In this document: piece by piece, positions 24,750-38,186 of the stretch | Layout: the number at the start of each line of letters is the position of its first letter | Position numbering within the stretch: position 1 is the stretch's first letter | Assembly (NCBI RefSeq): GCF_052425735.1 | Contig: NC_135763.1 | Location: forward strand, 35,278,001-35,342,000 | Reading direction: 5' to 3' | Source: Oculina patagonica | Lineage: Eukaryota | Length of the DNA: 64,000 nt | Made by a program: the position numbers and the translations under genes | The notes under the pieces: model-generated | What the model was told of the DNA's origin: nothing | What the model saw: the letters and a program-made list of their open reading frames with translations, nothing else | Database searches by the model: none

Positions 24750-25780
24750 CTTGAATCAATGGCCGCGACTTCTAGAGATGCCTCAAATCATGGGCAATAT
24801 TTTCCGTGCCCCGTATCAGTAATCCCAAGAAAAGACCGCGAACCTCTACGAAATCTTTGAATACCTTTTCGTATTAGCGGATGTGATGTGACAAGGTCCG
24901 GTTTTGTTGTTGCGAAACTGGATCCGTTTGCCCAGAGGCTCTTAGCATAAAAGTTCACTGTACCGCAGACTGTTGATCTTAACCACATTAAACTACTTCA
25001 AGGCGTTTTAAAAAATTTTACGTTTCCTCAGATAAGACAGATCTGATCGCGAATGTTTGATAAACACACCATCAAGAACAAAGCTCCAATAAAATACATC
25101 CCGGGTGATTTGTTTGCTTAAGACTTCGCTTTGCATATACCGTCATTGAATAATTTGAATTTCTAAAACGATATGCATTTTAGCAGGTCCCGGGAGACTA
25201 CAATGGAAAAGAATAAAGCGCATTAATGGATCTTTAGAACGCTTTCATCGCATTAGGAATGCGAAGAGTGCGAACAAAGCTTGAAATGATTGGGTTTTAA
25301 AAGTTTCCCGTAGTTTTCAAGACGTTTCACTTGTCAGGAAAAAATTATCTCGACACGACGTTTTTATTTGCTTATAACTAAGTGCGAATTTTTCATTAAC
25401 ACTTCCATTGTCACCATTATGAATTGTTTATTTAATTAGGATTTATCAGCGACAATATTCTCAACGGCGCAAACATTGTGCAGGATTTTAGGATTCCGTA
25501 TATCTTTACCAACATTAAAACCTTTCTTTTAACTGCCCGAGGCATAGCAGACCACATATGCGTGAAATTGGTGGCACGTGAGAAGATTTAATGAGGTGCA
25601 AGCTTGGTTCGCGTGGGCAAGCCTTCTCTTTGACTGAAGGGTGAACGAACTTTAGAACTTTATTGAGGTTTATTGACAAAAGGCAAGCTAGGACGTGCTA
25701 AAATTACACAGAAATAGACCCGTTTTCAGCCGTTTCGAGAGGTGACTTCACAAAATCATTGTCTGTTTCTGTCACGTTTA

Positions 25781-26344
25781 GGGCCTGTTTATATGGAGGA
25801 GAGTTGTCCCTGGTAGGAGGGTACCCTCCATACCGAGCCACCCCAGGCGAGAGAGTTTTCATACGTTTCTTTATAAAGAGCCAAACTGTTTATATGAGAA
25901 ATTGCAAAGTTGGCTCGGGGGGCAGGGTGACCCTGGGTGGAGGGTCACTCGCTTTGATGGTGGGGTGACCCTGGGGAGCGAGCCAACTTTTTCCATATAA
26001 ACAGTTTGGTATTTTTGCCTCGCCTACCAGGGACAAGTTGACACATACGGAGCATGCGCAAACGCTAAAATCAGCAAAAACAAAATTGCAAATAAATGAA
26101 ATCGAAGTCGGTGGTAAATTAGTCCAAAAAATGGTCTTGGTCGACGATTCAGCGTTCCTGATTTTAGAAAAAGCAGCCATAATAGATGTTTCAAAACAAC
26201 TCTTGCCAGTCTTTGAACCGAGAGGGCCAAGTTTTGGCTCGGTCAACAGGGACAACTTTTACATATAAACGCTCGTTAAAAGATGACTCGGGGGAGAGGG
26301 TAACCCTCCTACCAGGGACAGCTCTCTTCCATATAAACAGGCCC
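25781..26344. mobile_element. PIF/Harbinger-type MITE
   Basis: Long TIRs GGGCCTGTTTATATGGA.GAGAG.TGTCCCTGGTAGGAGGG at both ends; 3-bp TTA target duplication. Confidence 0.85.
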
Positions 26345-26422
26345 TTAGTCGCACTTGGGCGTTTAAAAAGAGAGATGGGGGTGGGGGCGCTCATGCTTAT
26401 AAATTGTAGTGTAAGTAAGTAA

Positions 26423-26831
26423 GGCCCGGTTCAGACGCCGATCTTATTCATGAACCGAACTTAATTCCTTGAATTAAGTACATGAAAAGATCGGCGTCTG
26501 AATCAAATTAGAACACTATTTCAATTTGGAACGGCTCACCCGTTCTTCCCGCCTGGCTTGGCCGAGAGTTTCGCCTGTGGAACGCCTTTGGAACGGCTTT
26601 GATTCGGACGCCGTACTTTTCATGTGCCGATCCTAATTCATAAATTATTATAATGTATTTTGACTGGTTTTATTGGAACTGTATTTGGAACGGCTTCGGA
26701 ACGGCCAATGAAAGTACGGCGTCTGAAGTCAAGAGGCGTACTTTTTTGTCATTTTGGGAGCCCTCGGTCACAAATCGGCGACACAATTGAGTTCGGAAAC
26801 TTCATGAAAAGTTCGGCGTCTGAACCGGGCC
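26423..26831. mobile_element. PIF/Harbinger-type MITE
   Basis: TIR GGCCCGGTTCAGACGCCGA / TCGGCGTCTGAACCGGGCC; TAA target duplication (26420-26422 and 26832-26834). Confidence 0.88.
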
Positions 26832-29800
26832 TAAGAATCTTTATTCAAGTACCAGCCCTTATATTACTGGGAACAATAAAAAAAATAGTCACAGTAAAAA
26901 AATATATCATAATCGGCCGCTTAAACTTTTAAATAATTCTTAAAATTTGCAAGAATAAAAGATTAAACGAATCGAAATACATACAATTAAAAATAAATAT
27001 ATTAATTGAAATCATGGCACGCTGGGTGTAAAATAGATAGCAAGAGGCACAATTGCTGTCAGCGTCCAGTTATGAGATTTTTCTGTAGTTTGATGCCCGA
27101 TGCACGGTTTATTTCTTTTGGAGCCCCAAGGAAAATTTCTGCTATATTTGGGCAAAGTAATGGCGCTCTGAAGCTTTTTTTCTCTGTTACTCAACCTTGT
27201 AATTCAATATATTTAACCTGCCCGCTTTAGTCCGCGTAATTCCGTAGCATTACGCGGACTTAACAGGTAGAGAGGTTTATGCCCTGCATCAATTTTGAAA
27301 AGCTTCTGCCTGCATATATATGTCAGTCATAATTAAAGGTGAGCCATTCTTTTGTTGTCAGTATGAATATTGGCCGTTTGACAACTGTCGGCAATAAAGG
27401 ATGTCCTTTAGCTATATAGCTAAAATTCCAGTCCAATTGTCAGTTATCTGGTACAACACATCTAAGAGCCTCTTTGCAATATCAAAACAAATGGGATTGT
27501 ATGGCAATATTATAAGTAAGTATCGGATGTCAGTGAAAATCTTGGCCTTTTGTTAACCAAAGAGGTGACTCAGTAGAATAAAGCAAGTCACAAACTACGG
27601 CGTCATCTTGATGTGCAGCTAAATTCTCCGAACTAACTTCAAAAGAAATGTGTGACAATAAGTTAGAGGAATTTACATTTCGATAACTGTAAATTGCGGC
27701 TAACCTGTATGTCGTATTTTCCACTTTCACAAATGTACTTTAAACCACCACGAAGATTAATACCCAATGACCAATGAGATATCTTGACACAATTTAACCA
27801 GACGCAGTAACACGATTTCTGGTAATATGATAACAAATACAGTAATTTGCATCTCTGTCCTAAAAATAATGAATCCATAACGTCATTTTCATCAATTTCA
27901 GAAGTCGCGACACTTTCGTGATTTGCTTCACAGATTAAACAAAGCGATAAACCGCGAAATCTCATTCCGGAAATTTGTGTTTTTAAGGAAAGGAGAGATT
28001 ACAAACTCACCACAAAACTAATCCACATTGATAATGAACAGTCCCTCCCTTTAATTTCACCCTTTTTCTTTTCTGTCTGTTCACGTCAGTCACAGGTAAA
28101 TGCCATATGGTTTCTTTCGTGATACCTGCTTCGTCAATTTAATATTTGCCTTCCAACCGAAAATGTAAATAATTATTTATTTGGTATACTGGTTGATTTT
28201 GTTTAACCTTTTAAACTGCATCAATATCAAGTAGCCGCAAAGAAGCAATTTTTGAAAATTAAACAAATCAATCCGGAAGTGGCGACTGAATCGCTCGTAA
28301 GAGAGGCTTTCGCTCGCCCTAGCTCCTTCATTGTCACGTTACGTGCGGAAAAAATTGGCAAGTTTTTTCAAGCTTGTCGTTCGTAATTCGTCTATCTTCG
28401 TCAGTTGAAACCATCCTTGTTTATTTTTGGGTTGTTATTACTCCTTTGGTGATTTTCCATGTTAGAAAGCTGTTATTTGAGGTTTCCTTCAATTTATAAC
28501 TAATCAGAAAAATGACTGTGTAATTGCTCCTTTAAATATAGACGCTCGGATAACTCAGTGTTTCGATTTCCAGACCCTGGATGACTATCTAAGTTATTCC
28601 GCTAAGCTATATCACTCTTTCACTCACCAAAACTGTTGATTTTCCGCTTCGACCGAACTGGCTTCTACCAAATTAATTTGGTCTTTGTCAAATCATTTAA
28701 ATGAAATCTCTCTGCGCCGAGTAATCTTTCGCTGATGATCATTTTGTACAGACAGGAGTAGAGATTATAGAAGATAATCAACAAAGCGATATTGTCCTGA
28801 TGTACCAGATTTTAACATGAAAACAAACAAAGTATGGCCGCTGGTATTTAACCTGCGGTCAGGAAAGAACGCCTGATCGCATGTTAGCTGGTATTGAGTC
28901 ATGCGATCTCAGTTTCTCGTAAACAAAGGAAATTGCATACGTATTTTATACGGGAAGTAAATAAGCGCACGGTGTTTACAAATACAAAGTAGTAATATAC
29001 TACACCATATTTGCATGAGAAATGCGCACCATTATTAACTGAGCAAGCAGCTATTCACTTTGCAGACTTTGCCGCGCAACTATCCAATAACAGGACAATA
29101 AAAGACAATGCTGTGTAAGCCATCGAACAAAAGGCATACAATCGGTGTTTGAATGTCTTTTCGGCATTTACTTATTGTCAATGTTTTTTTTCTTGCGATG
29201 AAGACGCTCGACAACATCTCGTCTCTCATCAGTGAAGTGCTAAATGCTAAGCTTGTTACCCTTGTGGGCAACTTGTCACCCCGATATCAACACCGTGATT
29301 AATTTCACTGTGATATTTGCGCCAGCGGTATTTAAGGTCGCCAGTCATTAGCCTGGGAGTCTGTACGCATTGTTGAGCACTGTCGGTGCATCTCTTCAAA
29401 GGTTACAGAGGTTTTGGACGAAACAACACGGAAAAATTCGGTCGAGTCACGGACTGTTGATGTGAGTTTCGAACCAGAGACGACAAAACAGCGCTCGCAG
29501 GTGAACGCTGTTAGAAGGGGGTAGAAGAAGCCAGCCTAGGAGGACATTGTTGCACATTTAATGACCATTCTGCGTGACAAATCAGTTTCTCTGAATATAG
29601 TCTGCAATTTAGCAGCCCATCGTTATTGTACTCGAAGGCGAAAAGCGTGGGTTTGGAATAGAAACAAAACAAGAGTGTCAACACTTGAAACGAAGTACTA
29701 CAAGCACGGAACGGAGGAAATGGAGGAAACATTGTCGGAGAGGTGCACACAGTTGTTTTCAGCGATTAAAATACTTTGGATTATCCTGGATCACAATCAT

Positions 29801-29815
29801 GTTGCTTTAGGCAAC
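29801..29815. promoter_or_regulatory. RFX X-box-like site GTTGCTTTAGGCAAC immediately upstream of gene 7
   Basis: Palindromic GTTGC..GCAAC ending 34 nt before ATG 29849. Confidence 0.35.
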
Positions 29816-29848
29816 GTTTTGTTTAATTACTAAAAGACCCTAAAAGTC

Positions 29849-30763
29849 ATGGATTTTGAAGGCGCAAGACGGAACGCGGACGAGAGACTCAATCAAGAGC
29901 TTATTAGAATCCGCAATCTTCCGAAACGAAGCAAGATCAAAATAGTCAACAAGTACGGCTTGAAACATGCGAGTCACACCAACGCAGGATTGCTGAAGGA
30001 ATTAGAGATCAACCTGGGTGTCATTTCTCGAGAAAAGAAGAGGGTGGCCAACGAATGTGATAAAAGACAGAGAGACTTTACTGAAATTCAAAGGAAATCT
30101 CTGTCGAAATTTCTACCTCCTTTAGCACAGGAAGAAGAAGAAGTCGAAAAACAAACGATTAAGAGAAAACCGCAAAGACAGCAAAGAAGCACTGCTGTTT
30201 TGGATCAAACACCAATGTGGTTGAAAGGTCGAAGGGAGTCAATAAGTGAAAAGAAAAGAGAAATTCTTTTAGACTTGACTGCAAAGAGCAAGGAGAGAAC
30301 GTTTAAAATTATTTCTAAGAACAACAAAAAGACCTCTATTGGGGTGCCGTTGCCGCCTATTCGTGATTCTGAACTCGAGGAGGATGCATGGATAACTCGA
30401 CTAAATCATCCGCGGAAAAACGCATTTGCTGGGAGTTGCTTCCCGTTTTTGCTAGCAGAAGAAAACGAAAATGAAAGAGACCAAGAGAAATATCACGGGA
30501 AAAGACTGCATCAGAATCAACAATGGCCACATCCTCCGCCAAACAAAGACAGTGCAAATTTGAAAGCAAGAACGTTTCGAGGCACTGTCTACGAAAAGGT
30601 TCTTAAAATGCCAGATCCCGCTAAAATCCCTCACCTAAATCCTAGAGACCCTAAACTTTATCAAGTTGTCATGAAAGTTCGGAAACGAAAGGTTTCCAAA
30701 TTAGAAAATTCGGATGCAGTCGTTGCACGAAAGAATACCGTGTTCACAAGACACTGGAAATGA
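29849..30763 (+). CDS. Cluster gene 7: coiled-coil + LPPL/LPPI disordered basic protein
   Basis: 304-aa ATG ORF containing TNAGLLKELEINLGVI...RQRDF, FLPPL, PLPPIRDSELEE, RRES and RDPKL. Confidence 0.85.
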   Translation: MDFEGARRNADERLNQELIRIRNLPKRSKIKIVNKYGLKHASHTNAGLLKELEINLGVISREKKRVANECDKRQRDFTEIQRKSLSKFLPPLAQEEEEVEKQTIKRKPQRQQRSTAVLDQTPMWLKGRRESISEKKREILLDLTAKSKERTFKIISKNNKKTSIGVPLPPIRDSELEEDAWITRLNHPRKNAFAGSCFPFLLAEENENERDQEKYHGKRLHQNQQWPHPPPNKDSANLKARTFRGTVYEKVLKMPDPAKIPHLNPRDPKLYQVVMKVRKRKVSKLENSDAVVARKNTVFTRHWK

Positions 30764-33257
30764 TTATAAGAAAAATTTCCTCCGGGAAAAAGAAACAGGC
30801 ATAATTTAATCCTGGGTGAAATAACTCAAAGTTAGTTCTTCCTGTTATTCCGTTACTAGAGTAAACGCGGCTGTAAAATCAATTATTCAAGAATTTTAAT
30901 GTTGCGTTTGTGTCTGGGAGGAAGTCGTTCATCGGATATATTTGAACAGTGAATGACGCCAGAGTGTTGCGAAAGAAATACATCTCTGGCTTCGCAGATT
31001 TTGCTGAATTTTGCACCAAATAGAGTTTTAAATTCAAATCGTTTAGGGGTATCAAATGGTCTTTGCGGCTTTGGTGCGGCGTTTTTTTTTTGCGGCACGG
31101 CATTGACAAAATTTTCCTTGCGGCACGGCATTGACAAAAATTCCTTCGCCCCCCTTTTAAAAAACCTTTTTCCAAAAAACCGCCGCCTTAAGGGGGGGCA
31201 AAAAAAACCACACAAATTTCCCAAAAAAATTTTTTCCCCCTTTCGGCAACCCCCCCACGTTTATGGTCAAATCTGTAAGTAAATCCAAAAATCGAAAAAT
31301 GCGTGCTACTTCAACATTATTCTGTGAAAGCAGAAGCAGACGATATCACTTTTACTATTTCTTTTTAGTAACATACGGAAAATCAATGAGGAAATATGGC
31401 TATTGTTAGAGGTTTTCTCGGAATAAATTGAACCGATCAAATGCCCACTTTCGAGCACTTTGTCCAAAAGATTAATTGTAATTGGCCATTCATTGTGCCA
31501 ATGTAGCTTGAATCTTATCTATAAACTGTAATATGTACGAGAAATTGTCTGGATTAACTGATATCGCCTGTGTTCTTTATCTTGTTGGAAGAAATGAAAA
31601 TACCGGTGAATATTATAACAGTTGTTGAAATTGTTAAGTATGACCTATAATGCAACATGTGACGGTTTTCGCATCGGTGTCAAATTCAGTTTTAATACCT
31701 TCATCTTTCATCTTCTTTTGACCTCCTTTACACGCTGCTTTAACAATGGCAAATTCTGTGAGCCTTTGTTATTTAAACGCACCAATAATTCACAGAATCA
31801 CCCCTAAATAAAAAAGCGCCTTTAATATTATTTTGGATGTATGAACTAAAGCAGAAACCGCCTGGGAAACCGACAAAGTGAAATGCGGGCCGGGTAGGCC
31901 AGATTACCGACTGGCGTTCATCTTTAACAACGTCCAATCAATTTATGTAAGCAAAATACATGAGAAACATGTTATAAATGATAATAGGAAGTTAACTTAC
32001 CTGCGTTTCTTTGTATTTTTGAGGCCGTATTTTAGTTATTTACACATGTGTAGCTAAATGTTTGCCTAGAACTGCTGTACGGGCAGTATGAATGAAAGCC
32101 ACTTAAATAGTATCTCGTGTTTCATCTGTAACCATCATTAATTAATTTATTAAAAGTACAAGTTATTAATATTAATCGTTAAAGATGAAACACGAAAATT
32201 TATCCTTCAACTTGCAGACTCCCAAGTCAAAATATAAAATTGTTTTCCGTCAATAATGAATCAAATAAAACTGAAATTACATTTTGGGTACATGGTTGCA
32301 TAAAGTTTGCGCGCTTCAGTCGCTTGAGGTACGTAAAATAACGACGGGCAACCCATGGAAGTTCGACCAGTGTATTTGAAATGGAAATCAATCCAAAAAA
32401 ACTCCCAGCAAACAGGTATTTATCTTTTTTTATTTCTTTCTATGCTTTTACCTGTTTACTTTATTATTTTTTTTTTGTTTGTTTGATATTATTTTACGAG
32501 GAGTCAAAATTTGCTCTTACAATTTGCTACAATACAGTGTCAGGGTTCTCAAGCGTCTTTCTTTGAGGTGAAAGAAATGCCAAAAATGTGCTCTAGATCG
32601 AATAAGAGAACTGCATTTTCCCTGATGTATTAAAATAGTTTTTAGGTAGTCCACAGCAGCGACTGTTTCAAATGGTTCTCAAATCTATCAGAGTTACTTT
32701 CATCCCTATAAATAGGATCGAAGTGTAAATAATATAAACGGGTTCGGGACCGGAAGGTATCGATTTTTTTGGATTGAAATAGCCGAGTCAGAGAGCACGT
32801 CAAATTAAGTTGATCAGTCGTGCACCAAGTGGTGGCGACTATGTATAACAGAAAGGTCATCAGTCAGGCATGTAGATACCGGAACGTGCACTCTTTCAGC
32901 CACTCCAATAGCCCCCTAAAGGTAAATACGAATCAACAGAGTACATGGAATAAACTCTTTGTCGGTGCGCTGTCTGCTAGAAAAGAGTCTGGCGGAAACA
33001 AGCAAAGAAATACTAGTAAACTGTATTCGGAATAATTTCCACAATTTCAGGAGTGATTCTAGTTGCAGTTACAGAGGTGCAATTTTGCCAAGCGAGAGTT
33101 GGAGTGCCCTAGACTTGCCTATAAGTCGAGCTCACAGAGCGCGAAGCGCGGGGTCTACTACCACCAAACCGGAAACGAGAAGCAAACGACTTTGAGAAAG
33201 TCTAGGACTGCCCATGATTGCGAGTCCCCAACTTGAATGAAAGATTCCTTGTACCGG

Positions 33258-33824
33258 CTATCGTGCACTCCGAAGTTGCATAATTGTGTATCGCGAGTGA
33301 AGCTGTGCAGGTTTTGAGATATCTAGAACGGCTGTAGTCCCCGAACGTGTATCATTGCCATTCAATATCTCAGGCTGCTTAGACTGCTTAAGATCACGTT
33401 CCAAGCCTCTAGAGAAAGCTTGAAACTTTCTCTCTTCTTGAGTTCTAAAACTCCCATACGTCGCCTTATTAAACACAGGCGCGGCTACATCGGCACCCTT
33501 ATTTCCCAGTATATAAGGAAGGTATTGACTTGGCGTAGTTCGTCGTTCCATGGGAGTCGCACTTTTATTTTTGATGCTGTTTCCATCGTGAATTGTCTTT
33601 GTTTGAATTATGTCGACAGAGTTAACTCTCGTCAATCGCAGAACCTCCCGTGATGCCAGCCTTTCGGGTTCGCGCAAACTTGGGTTGATTATTTTGTCTG
33701 CATTTACCGCCTGTGCGTTTATGACCTTTATCCTGTCATTGTAGCAAAGTCTATAAGGTGTTCTTTTCTCGTTATTATCAAAATCAACAGCACATTCTTG
33801 GTCAAACTTTAAACTTGAATCCAT
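33258..33824 (-). CDS. Cluster gene 8: disordered protein with LPYI motif
   Basis: ORF 33258..33854, first in-frame ATG at 33824; YLPYI and RRTT. An out-of-frame upstream ATG near 33870 makes the start uncertain. Confidence 0.6.
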   Translation of the reverse strand: MDSSLKFDQECAVDFDNNEKRTPYRLCYNDRIKVINAQAVNADKIINPSLREPERLASREVLRLTRVNSVDIIQTKTIHDGNSIKNKSATPMERRTTPSQYLPYILGNKGADVAAPVFNKATYGSFRTQEERKFQAFSRGLERDLKQSKQPEILNGNDTRSGTTAVLDISKPAQLHSRYTIMQLRSAR

Positions 33825-35977
33825 GGTCCGAGTGATATTTTCTTCGTCGTTCAAAATTTTGATCGTTCATTAATATAAAGCAATGCCTTGGCGAATTAAA
33901 CGAGACACCTATTCAGTGTTATTCTAATTAACCGAACTGATTTTTTTTATTGAGTGCACTTGATTGGTCGGCTAGGGACAATTGACAGTTAAGTCATAGC
34001 CGCAAGCTTTAATTGGCTTTTAAGAGTACGTAATGGCAAAGGTCTTGGGTTAGTCTACATGCAAATTGAACATTTTTTGCAACATATTTCTACTGCTATT
34101 TTAAATTGCCTCGGATTGAGAGAAAAATTGTTGTCTTTAATTTATGATCATGCAGGGATAGTTTAATTAATTACTCCAGCGAGAGCAAGAGTGAAGTTAA
34201 TAAACTTAACTGCTGTTAAAGAATTAATGTATCAGGAGATTAGTCTCCAAAGAAACTATTATCCTGCGCCGGCAGGCAAAAGAAAACATTTAGTTTATTA
34301 TCGATCAACTATATGAAATTGTAATCACCACCGTCTGAAATTCACAGGTGAATTTTTGACATGTAGCTTTTGGAAGATTGTTCACCGTATGAAGGGAGCT
34401 TCTTTTTTAATCGAAAACTACACAAGATGATTACCTTTAGTAATCAACTAAACTTCATACACTTGAGAGATTACATTCGTTACGATGTTAGTATAACAGT
34501 AGTCTTCTGAAAATCGACCTACTCGGACTTTGTGCGAAAAACCCAGCCGTGTTAACTTTAACAAGTTTATCACTGCTATGAAGGGAGTTTTAATTTTCTG
34601 CTAGTATCGTTGCTTATTTTTAGATTAACACTTAGCTTTAGTACTCTTGTTTTTTTATCTTCACCGAGACGTAAAGAGAATAAAAGATTTGATGACACTT
34701 TGAAAAGGAGTAATCCAGATTTTACCATATACATTGATACCAAGCAAACGACCGCCACTCAATAAATGCATCGTTCTGTGAATATAAGAAGGGAAGGGAT
34801 ATGGTAATAACGTTAACCGTGGACACTGAACACAGGAGCTTTAGAGGTTAATTAAGTTATAACTCTATGCCTCTCTTTTACAGATCACAAACAAATAAAT
34901 GAACTTTTGTTTAGAGCCTTTATTGTTTGGCCACTTGATAAGTATGGACCCAAGGGAGCAGAACTGAGGTAGGAATTAACAATGTTTTGGCTTTGCTGAG
35001 AGATATGCAAACACCAAAGCTTCACCGGGTCGGTGCAGGCAAACTCTATTGTACACTATTATCTTCTTGCAAAAGAAATCAGGCATAGTTTTATTCCAAA
35101 AACTAACCTTTATCTAACCTGCCCAGATATAGGGACAACGTTCAATTTTGTTGTTTTATGATATTATTAATTGGAAGCTTAGAGAAAATCCGTTTTCAAT
35201 CATTCAACCACTTAACTAGCACAGTAAGTTTTAGGAGAATTTGCCTAGAGAAAGTACAACTAAACGCAATGTTTTCAGGGTTTTATTTCTATATTACACT
35301 ATTACAATTGATCAAGCACCTAGTGAGACTATCCTGTTGCCAGTCTATTTAAATAAAGGCCCAGCTGGTTTAAAAGATAATTGTGCTAGATTCACTCAGT
35401 TGTTACTCTCCCGTGCATATCGGTGACACTGGAACCAAAACGAATAACTTGAAGCCCCGGTCTTGAAGAATTAAAAGTTCACACTGTATCATATACTCTA
35501 TTAAACTCAATCATTTCTGTCAGCTGCCACTACTCCGCTATACTAACACGGACAGGTTTACTTTATCCTCGTGGAAGACGTAAAACTTAATTATACGTGG
35601 CGTAGAAAGGACGGAGAAGAGAGGTAAACGAACGCGAAGCGCAGAAAATGATAGCGCGTTTTGCGTGGATCATTTTCCTCCTTTTCTCACGGCCTTTCGG
35701 CACCAGCCACGTGCCCATTGACAGTTCAATTGGTGTACGCGTTAATAAGAGTCGAGGTTGATAAAGTTTTATACGGCCACTTTACCTTGTTGAAACTGAG
35801 TAGCCTTTATACTGCCTAAAATTCGCAGAAACACACTGAGTGTGTTTCTGTGAATCTTAGGAAAAAAAAGAAAAACTAACCAGACTTTGAGCTGGCAGTT
35901 CTATGATTCACATCTAAAATAACAACCTTTGGCTTAATTAACTGTACATGAACGTAGGTTAAAACATTTACATATAG

Positions 35978-36481
35978 TTATAGTCTCTGATTAACAACGT
36001 TAAGGTTTGTCAACTTTGGCAGTTTTAATCTCACAGATTGTGACTCTGTCTCTCTTCTAGGTTCACTGCGTTCACTGTTCGTAAATCCATTCTCTTCGCC
36101 TTCCAGATTATCGTTTCTGAGCGCTAAAGAACATCCGTAATGGTGAGAAGTTGCTTTGTTCTCTTCGCCAGAACGACCATTGTTGGTACGAATTTCGTCT
36201 GATAACAATTCACTACCTCCAGTATTGTACATTGCTCTATGTGCTTCTGGATTCGTAATGCAAGGAAGTTCGTAAATTGGCGGGAATAGAAGTTTGTTGG
36301 TTGCGTTATTTGGGCGTTTGTTGGCAGCTATGTCTTCATTCCGTTCGCTAAATGGAGCAATATCTCTCCAAGTACACATTTGTCTTTGTCGATTCTTCTG
36401 TAAGCGCTCCAATTTTTTCGGCTCGATTTTACCATAAGAGATGCAATGGCAAAATTTCTCACTTCTCTTCTTGTTTCTCAT
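35978..36481 (-). CDS. Cluster gene 9: disordered protein with FPPIYELPCI and LKLPKL motifs
   Basis: ORF 35978..36490, ATG at 36481; three [LF]Px[IL] motifs. Confidence 0.6.
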   Translation of the reverse strand: MRNKKRSEKFCHCISYGKIEPKKLERLQKNRQRQMCTWRDIAPFSERNEDIAANKRPNNATNKLLFPPIYELPCITNPEAHRAMYNTGGSELLSDEIRTNNGRSGEENKATSHHYGCSLALRNDNLEGEENGFTNSERSEPRRETESQSVRLKLPKLTNLNVVNQRL

Positions 36482-38186
36482 CGTTTTCAACCTGATAATA
36501 TTAAATTGTCAATAAATCTTAGCTTGGTCTCTGCGTTTTCGCTTAGTGTTTTTACTTATTATGCAACCATGCGGTCGAAGGATGTCTTTTTGCTTTGCGG
36601 AATCAACTCTCTGAATAAGAGACAGTAATGTTCACTGTTTCTCTTTCTACGTTAAACTGAGCACTGTGACGCTGTCAAATTGATAAGCAGTTTTGTCTAT
36701 GGTTCTTGTAACAAACGCTTCCCTTTTTCGACGAGATTTGGTCAGCTGGTTAATCCTTTCGCTGCAGTCATCCAAAAATGCGAGTAACTAAAACTTGCGT
36801 TTTAAGGCTTCATAATATGTCTGAGACCAAAGTAAACGGATTGAATGATGAGTGAACTATTACACGTTTGGTAGCCAGTGCCTCAGATTCTTCGATCGAC
36901 TTCACTACTTCATGATTTTCATGTACATTCGTGCCACAGATGACGATATATGGATCAGCAGGTCGGTGCCAATTTAAAGTGGAATAGTGGTTTGTTTGTG
37001 CGCAATTGTTTGTACATTCATATACACCAGATAAAAGAGTGGAGGCCTCATTTGTCCAAACTGCGTCAGTAGAATTAAAACTAATCCCGCGTGATCATCA
37101 ATTCTCGCTGATGTCTTTGTTTCACTCGTAACCAAGAAAACATACCTGACCGAATCACATTAAATTTTAATTTTGCGTTAAATCTGCAAAGCGGAAGACA
37201 TTAAACGAAACACAATGATAATGAACCAAATACATCACGGAAGTATAAACTACAGATTTCTAAAGACGGATATCGTCCAGACTGACATTGGCTCCAGCTT
37301 AAGTTAAATCGATGAATTGTTGGTTATGAAATTTGTCATAACTTATTATAAAATTTGTCATAACTTGGAAGGCAATTTTCAATATATATGGATAGAAATT
37401 ATGTTTTTTTCTTCAAAGAGAACTTTGCCGCCGACATATGCATAGATAAGTTGAATTGGCATATTTTCAACGTATACGTCAAGGGAAAATTAAATAATTA
37501 TTCCGCTTTTCAGCTAGCCTGCGAGAGCATCCGACTTTTTATTGCTTTTGTCCGAAAAAAACAGGATGGTCTCACAGGCTACTTTTCAGCACGATGTCAT
37601 CATGATTCAAAATAAAAATATTTTTTTAGGGTTTTAAAAACTTTAAATCTTAATTGCTTTTGATTTTTGTTTCTAAACAACGACAAAGTTCTTAGCAGGC
37701 ATTTATCTGAAAGCAAATGAAACCAATGTCAGGTTTAAACTAATCTTAATTTCAAATTTGGATACAATTCTGCCGAAAAATAGTTTAAACAATGAACTGG
37801 AAAATTATTGGTTAAAAATTGCAAGAGCAAGACAAACGAAATACCGCAAAGCAAATGTTCAGGAGATTCTAGAAAAAAATGTCAGGTAAATGGAAAAAAA
37901 TAATAACAGTAACAATCAAGACAAGAACTTCAAATGACATAATTCATTAGAAAACTTTTATGACCAGAGGAAGAAAAAATTGATACCAGATTATTGCCTT
38001 GACCTGAGTGGGTTTTTCTCTTTCGTGAAAATGATGGTTTCTCATTTGATGACGCCAGAAGCTTTCTGTAATCATGGAAACCGGTTTTTGTAAATCAAAG
38101 TTGACAATGAACGTTCGCCACGCGTAACTACTTATAAGCGTCAATTTTCAAGGAATTAACGGGAAAAAGGTTTTGTAAAGGCGTTC

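Noticed and set aside
25759-26932. Several short ORFs on both strands
   Set aside because: They lie within or span two MITEs; no transposase motifs.
30879-31282. Three overlapping ~100-aa ORFs with a 20-bp direct repeat (GCGGCACGGCATTGACAAAA)
   Set aside because: Homopolymer-rich degenerate repeat or low-quality consensus; translations are low complexity.
33120-33260. Possible frameshifted DPRF-like remnant (GAC-C-CCG-CGC-TTC) 3' of gene 8 on the minus strand
   Set aside because: Requires both stop read-through and an indel, and the following residues do not fit the motif; likely chance.
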